From: Phyllobates terribilis
Lineage: Eukaryota
Direction of reading: 5' to 3'
Length of the DNA stretch: 64,000 nucleotides
Assembly (NCBI RefSeq): GCF_046119375.1
Contig: NW_027362762.1
Coordinates: 636,864,001 to 636,928,000, forward strand
Shown: piece after piece, positions 60,671 to 64,000 of the stretch
Numbering within the stretch: position 1 is the stretch's first letter
Layout of the letters: each line of letters begins with the position of its first letter
Notes under the pieces: model-generated
What the model was told of the DNA's origin: nothing
Database searches by the model: none
What the model saw: only the letters and a program-made list of their open reading frames with translations
Program-made: the position numbers and the translations under genes

Positions 60671-61333
60671 TATAAGGAAATAATGTAATAAACCTCAGAT
60701 CGTACACACAAACAGATCCAGACTTGTCTGTCTGTGGCTATGCTGCAGTATTGTGCTCAAAGTTTCACTTTCATTTTCTTGTCTGCTTGCCCTTCCTCCT
60801 CCTCACACTTAGATTCACATTCTTCTTGTGTTGTGCAGATCTATTCCACTCCAAACAATCAGAAACATATTGTCTAACTTCTTGGACTTGGCACTGAAGG
60901 GGTTGATTCTGTATTCATAGGTTTGTAGAACAATAGGATTAAGGTCTTTTTCTCAACTCTGTTCATGTTGTAACATTTTTGCTGTGAAGAAGAGGCTGGG
61001 ACCTCTGCGGAGTCCAATTCAGTTTTGAGAACTGCGTAAGTAAAGCGAGCGTCTGTGATAATATAGGAGAGAAACTGCCCACTAATCCTACAGAAACCTC
61101 TGGAAGAGCATGGCATTGTGAATGTTACACATATACAGCCTTTATTCTACTGAGTTAAACAACTCAGCTTTATCTCATGATGGAAGAACCTTTGGATGGT
61201 AAAATATTTTCCTCAAAAAGCAGTTTATTGAAAAAAATCCGATTTAAATCAAAAAAATCCGATTTTATTTTTTTTTGATTTTTTTTAAAAAAAACATTGA
61301 TTTTTATCCACCCTGCAGGCTCCACAGCCCGGC

Positions 61334-61497
61334 CTCACTACTGAGCATGTACATAAAGTGCAGCACAGATTCATCTCACTACTGAGCATGTACATAAAGT
61401 GCAGCACAGATTCATCTCACTACTGAGCATGTACATAAAGTGCAGCACAGATTCATCTCACTACTGAGCATGTACATAAAGTGCAGCACAGATTCAT
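61334..61497. repeat. 41-bp tandem repeat, four copies
   Basis: ctcactactgagcatgtacataaagtgcagcacagattcat at 61334, 61375, 61416 and 61457. Confidence 0.95.
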
Positions 61498-63672
61498 CTC
61501 AACTAAAAGCTCAGATCCTTAGATCAGGAATAGAACAGACATTTATACAGATATACAGTATAACAGATATAGGACATTTCATAACTTTCCCAAATAATTC
61601 TGAAGATATTTACAGCACATACTGCATTGAACTACTGTACCCAATTTAGTATATATTTTAGGAGTCTGTCCACTTTATACCCACTCCGACTCCACCAAAA
61701 TCGACTCAGACTCCGATTCCACAGCCCTGCTTTGTGCCAAATGTAGTATTATTGCCCCCACAGTGGCTCCCATACGGTAGTATTGACCAAGTACTGTGAC
61801 CTCATACAAGTGTAACGTTCCTCATAGTCGTAGTATTCCTTTATGTGGCCCCCATATATGAACAAGATGCCTATGTGGCCCCCATACATTAAAGGGAACC
61901 TATCCTCAAACTATGGGCAGCATGAATCAGAGCCTGATTACACTATTGAAGACAAATTCTGTTTTTCTCAGAGAAACTATACTTTAAAGGTTTGGCTGGG
62001 GACGATAGCCGGTCATGAGACTAGCCTGTCTAGCTTCTCTCAGCGCCTCTCTAAGTCTTTCCCTTATCACTTAGTCTCCTCTGTCTATGGTGCCCTGCAG
62101 TATTTTAAATGATATCTTCTCTGAAACGCTGCAGCATTTCAGAGAAAAATATAATTGAGTGTAATTGTGCCGCCACACGCTACTTCATGATGCCCGTGGT
62201 TTGGGCACCATGACTCAGATGACAAGTTTCTCCCTTTTTGGACCCTTAACTTTTAATACTGCTTGCCCACCCTCTGTTGCCCCCCGTGTAGAAATCGTGC
62301 CCCTATAGTGCTCCTCGGACTTTTTTTTTTTTTGTTTCAAATTAAACAACCAAATCTCTCCCCACTTCCACACTGAGCGGCTCTGTCCTCTTCCTTTTAC
62401 TTCTGGCTGACTCTCTGCCCCACACTTGCCTGCAGCTACAGAACGCAGCGGCATCGTGTCACAGATCCTACCTGGAAAGTGATGCCGCTTTGCTTTGCAG
62501 CTGCTTACATGTGGAGTGGCTCTCTGCTCCGCGATTAGTTTTCAACTAGAAGTGCATCTGTCGAGCCCCCCCACCCCCCCATTCACGGGCCCATTCTCGA
62601 TCTTTACACCCCTGCTTATACTTGCATATATTACTTAATTTCTTTTTCATCTACGATAGGGAGTAAGGTACGTTTTGCACTCAGCACATTTGACATTGCA
62701 TTGAATCTATTGCATAGGGAGGAAGGTACATTTTGCACTCAGCTCATTTGGCATTGCATTGAATCTATTGCTGTATTTACACTGGTTGACCACCTCCATT
62801 TATACAACCTGCAATAGCCAGTTTAGGCTATCCAGCTGCCTGTTTTAGGCCACTCAACGTCACTTACATAGTCGCAGAATGGTAGATAATATGATCGTTG
62901 TGTGCGCATAGAATACTATTGTTTTCTGCAGCAGATACCCTGTCTAAATTAAAGTTAGAATGATGTGTTTCGAGAACGATGACTTTTAAAGACATTTCAC
63001 CTGACTAGTGTTTTGTTCGTCAGGTGAATGGCAGCCTGTTTACAGTGCCTGATTATTGGTAAATAAGCTTTCTCCTGATTATTAGTCAGATTAAATGCAC
63101 TCTAAGGGTCGCTTTGTGTGTGTGTTGGTCTTCACCTCTTGTGGCACATATAAATTATCTATATCTTTAGATGTTGAGAGGTGATTGGTTACTTTCTGTA
63201 TCACTACTACTTTTATGGTTTACTATTGTTTCATGTATGGAGATTTATTCTTTGTTTCTCTGAGTAACTGTCCTTTTTATATTTTTTTAGTAATAGTACA
63301 CATGAAGATAAGAGCGTTTTAGTATATCTTATCTGGTTCTTTCTCCTCGACTGATCATTCACCCTCAATCCACAAATGAAATCTGTATTCAGTGAAGACT
63401 GATTTACATTAAGGGATGAGATGATAGTTGATGGTCATAAAGTTTTATTAATGGGGAGGGGGGGCAGAGGGACGAGCTAGAGGCAAACGCAGACATTCTC
63501 CTGCACGTTGACTTCAAATCACTGTTACTCTGGAAAAATAAAACAAAATCAGTAGCTCATTTTGTGTACCATTTTGTTACCACATTAAATTCCAGATTTT
63601 GACTGGTCCTATAACACTATGAATAGCTGTATGTTTGCATGTGTTAATACATGTGTTTATTCTTTTTAACAG

Positions 63673-63814
63673 TATTCGTGGTTTTGGGAACATGTATTGC
63701 AGTACAGCTTGGTACACACCCAGACTGGATGTTCTTCTGCTGCTTTGCAGGCATGTTCATGTTCTACTGTGCTCATTGGCAAACATATGTTTCTGGAATG
63801 CTGCGGTTTGGCAT
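63673..63814 (+). CDS. CEPT1: CEPT1 third coding exon
   Basis: (V)[46 protein letters not shown]; AG at 63671-63672, GTAAGT at 63815; 142 nt. Confidence 0.97.
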
Positions 63815-64000
63815 GTAAGTTACTTAATATCATGTACAATAATGTAGGCTTGTATTGTAATTTATTACAGCTTATTCATGGACTAATTGTTTGGAAATAT
63901 TCATGATTACAGTATCGTAGAGGTTACACACCTAAGTAATCATCTAACCACAAGATAGATCATAAATGTGTGAACGTAATTCCAAAGTCATCTGTGTGAA

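Larger units (their letters stand above)
58170..61315 (-). mobile_element. Full-length hAT transposon (3146 bp)
   Basis: TIR CAGGGTGGAT at both ends, repeated GATTTAAATC subterminal motifs, perfect 8-bp TSD CAGGCTCC at 58162-58169 and 61316-61323. Confidence 0.96.
58109..61729. mobile_element. hAT-type MITE (outer) split by a full-length hAT element
   Basis: CAGGGCT at the left and ACAGCCCTG at the right, GACTC subterminal repeats, perfect 8-bp TSD CTTTGTGC at 58101-58108 and 61730-61737. Confidence 0.92.

Overview
Vertebrate genomic DNA, very probably an anuran (frog), judged from the gene and transposon content. It is repeat-dense and has two assembly gaps. The only clear host gene is CEPT1 (choline/ethanolamine phosphotransferase 1), with three coding exons on + at 45109-45447, 51561-51708 and 63673-63814; the gene runs off the right edge. 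The rest is a nested stack of mobile elements. Tyrosine-recombinase retroelements: a full-length inactivated DIRS1-type element (1771-7061, -), a gag-deleted DIRS1-type element with open pol and YR frames (40730-44773, +), and an Ngaro-like fragment. DNA transposons: several hAT elements, one with an uninterrupted spliced 611-aa transposase whose first catalytic Asp is Tyr, plus two decayed Tc1 elements. There are also Penelope-like fragments with hammerhead-ribozyme remnants, MITEs, a SINE, minisatellites and a decayed tandem of tRNA-Leu copies. The most unusual object is an LTR element (23903-28192) with a tRNA-Ser PBS and a PPT but no recognisable gag or pol; its single long ORF ends in a cold-shock (CSD/OB-fold) domain. 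All family calls come from motif recognition by eye; no searches were run.
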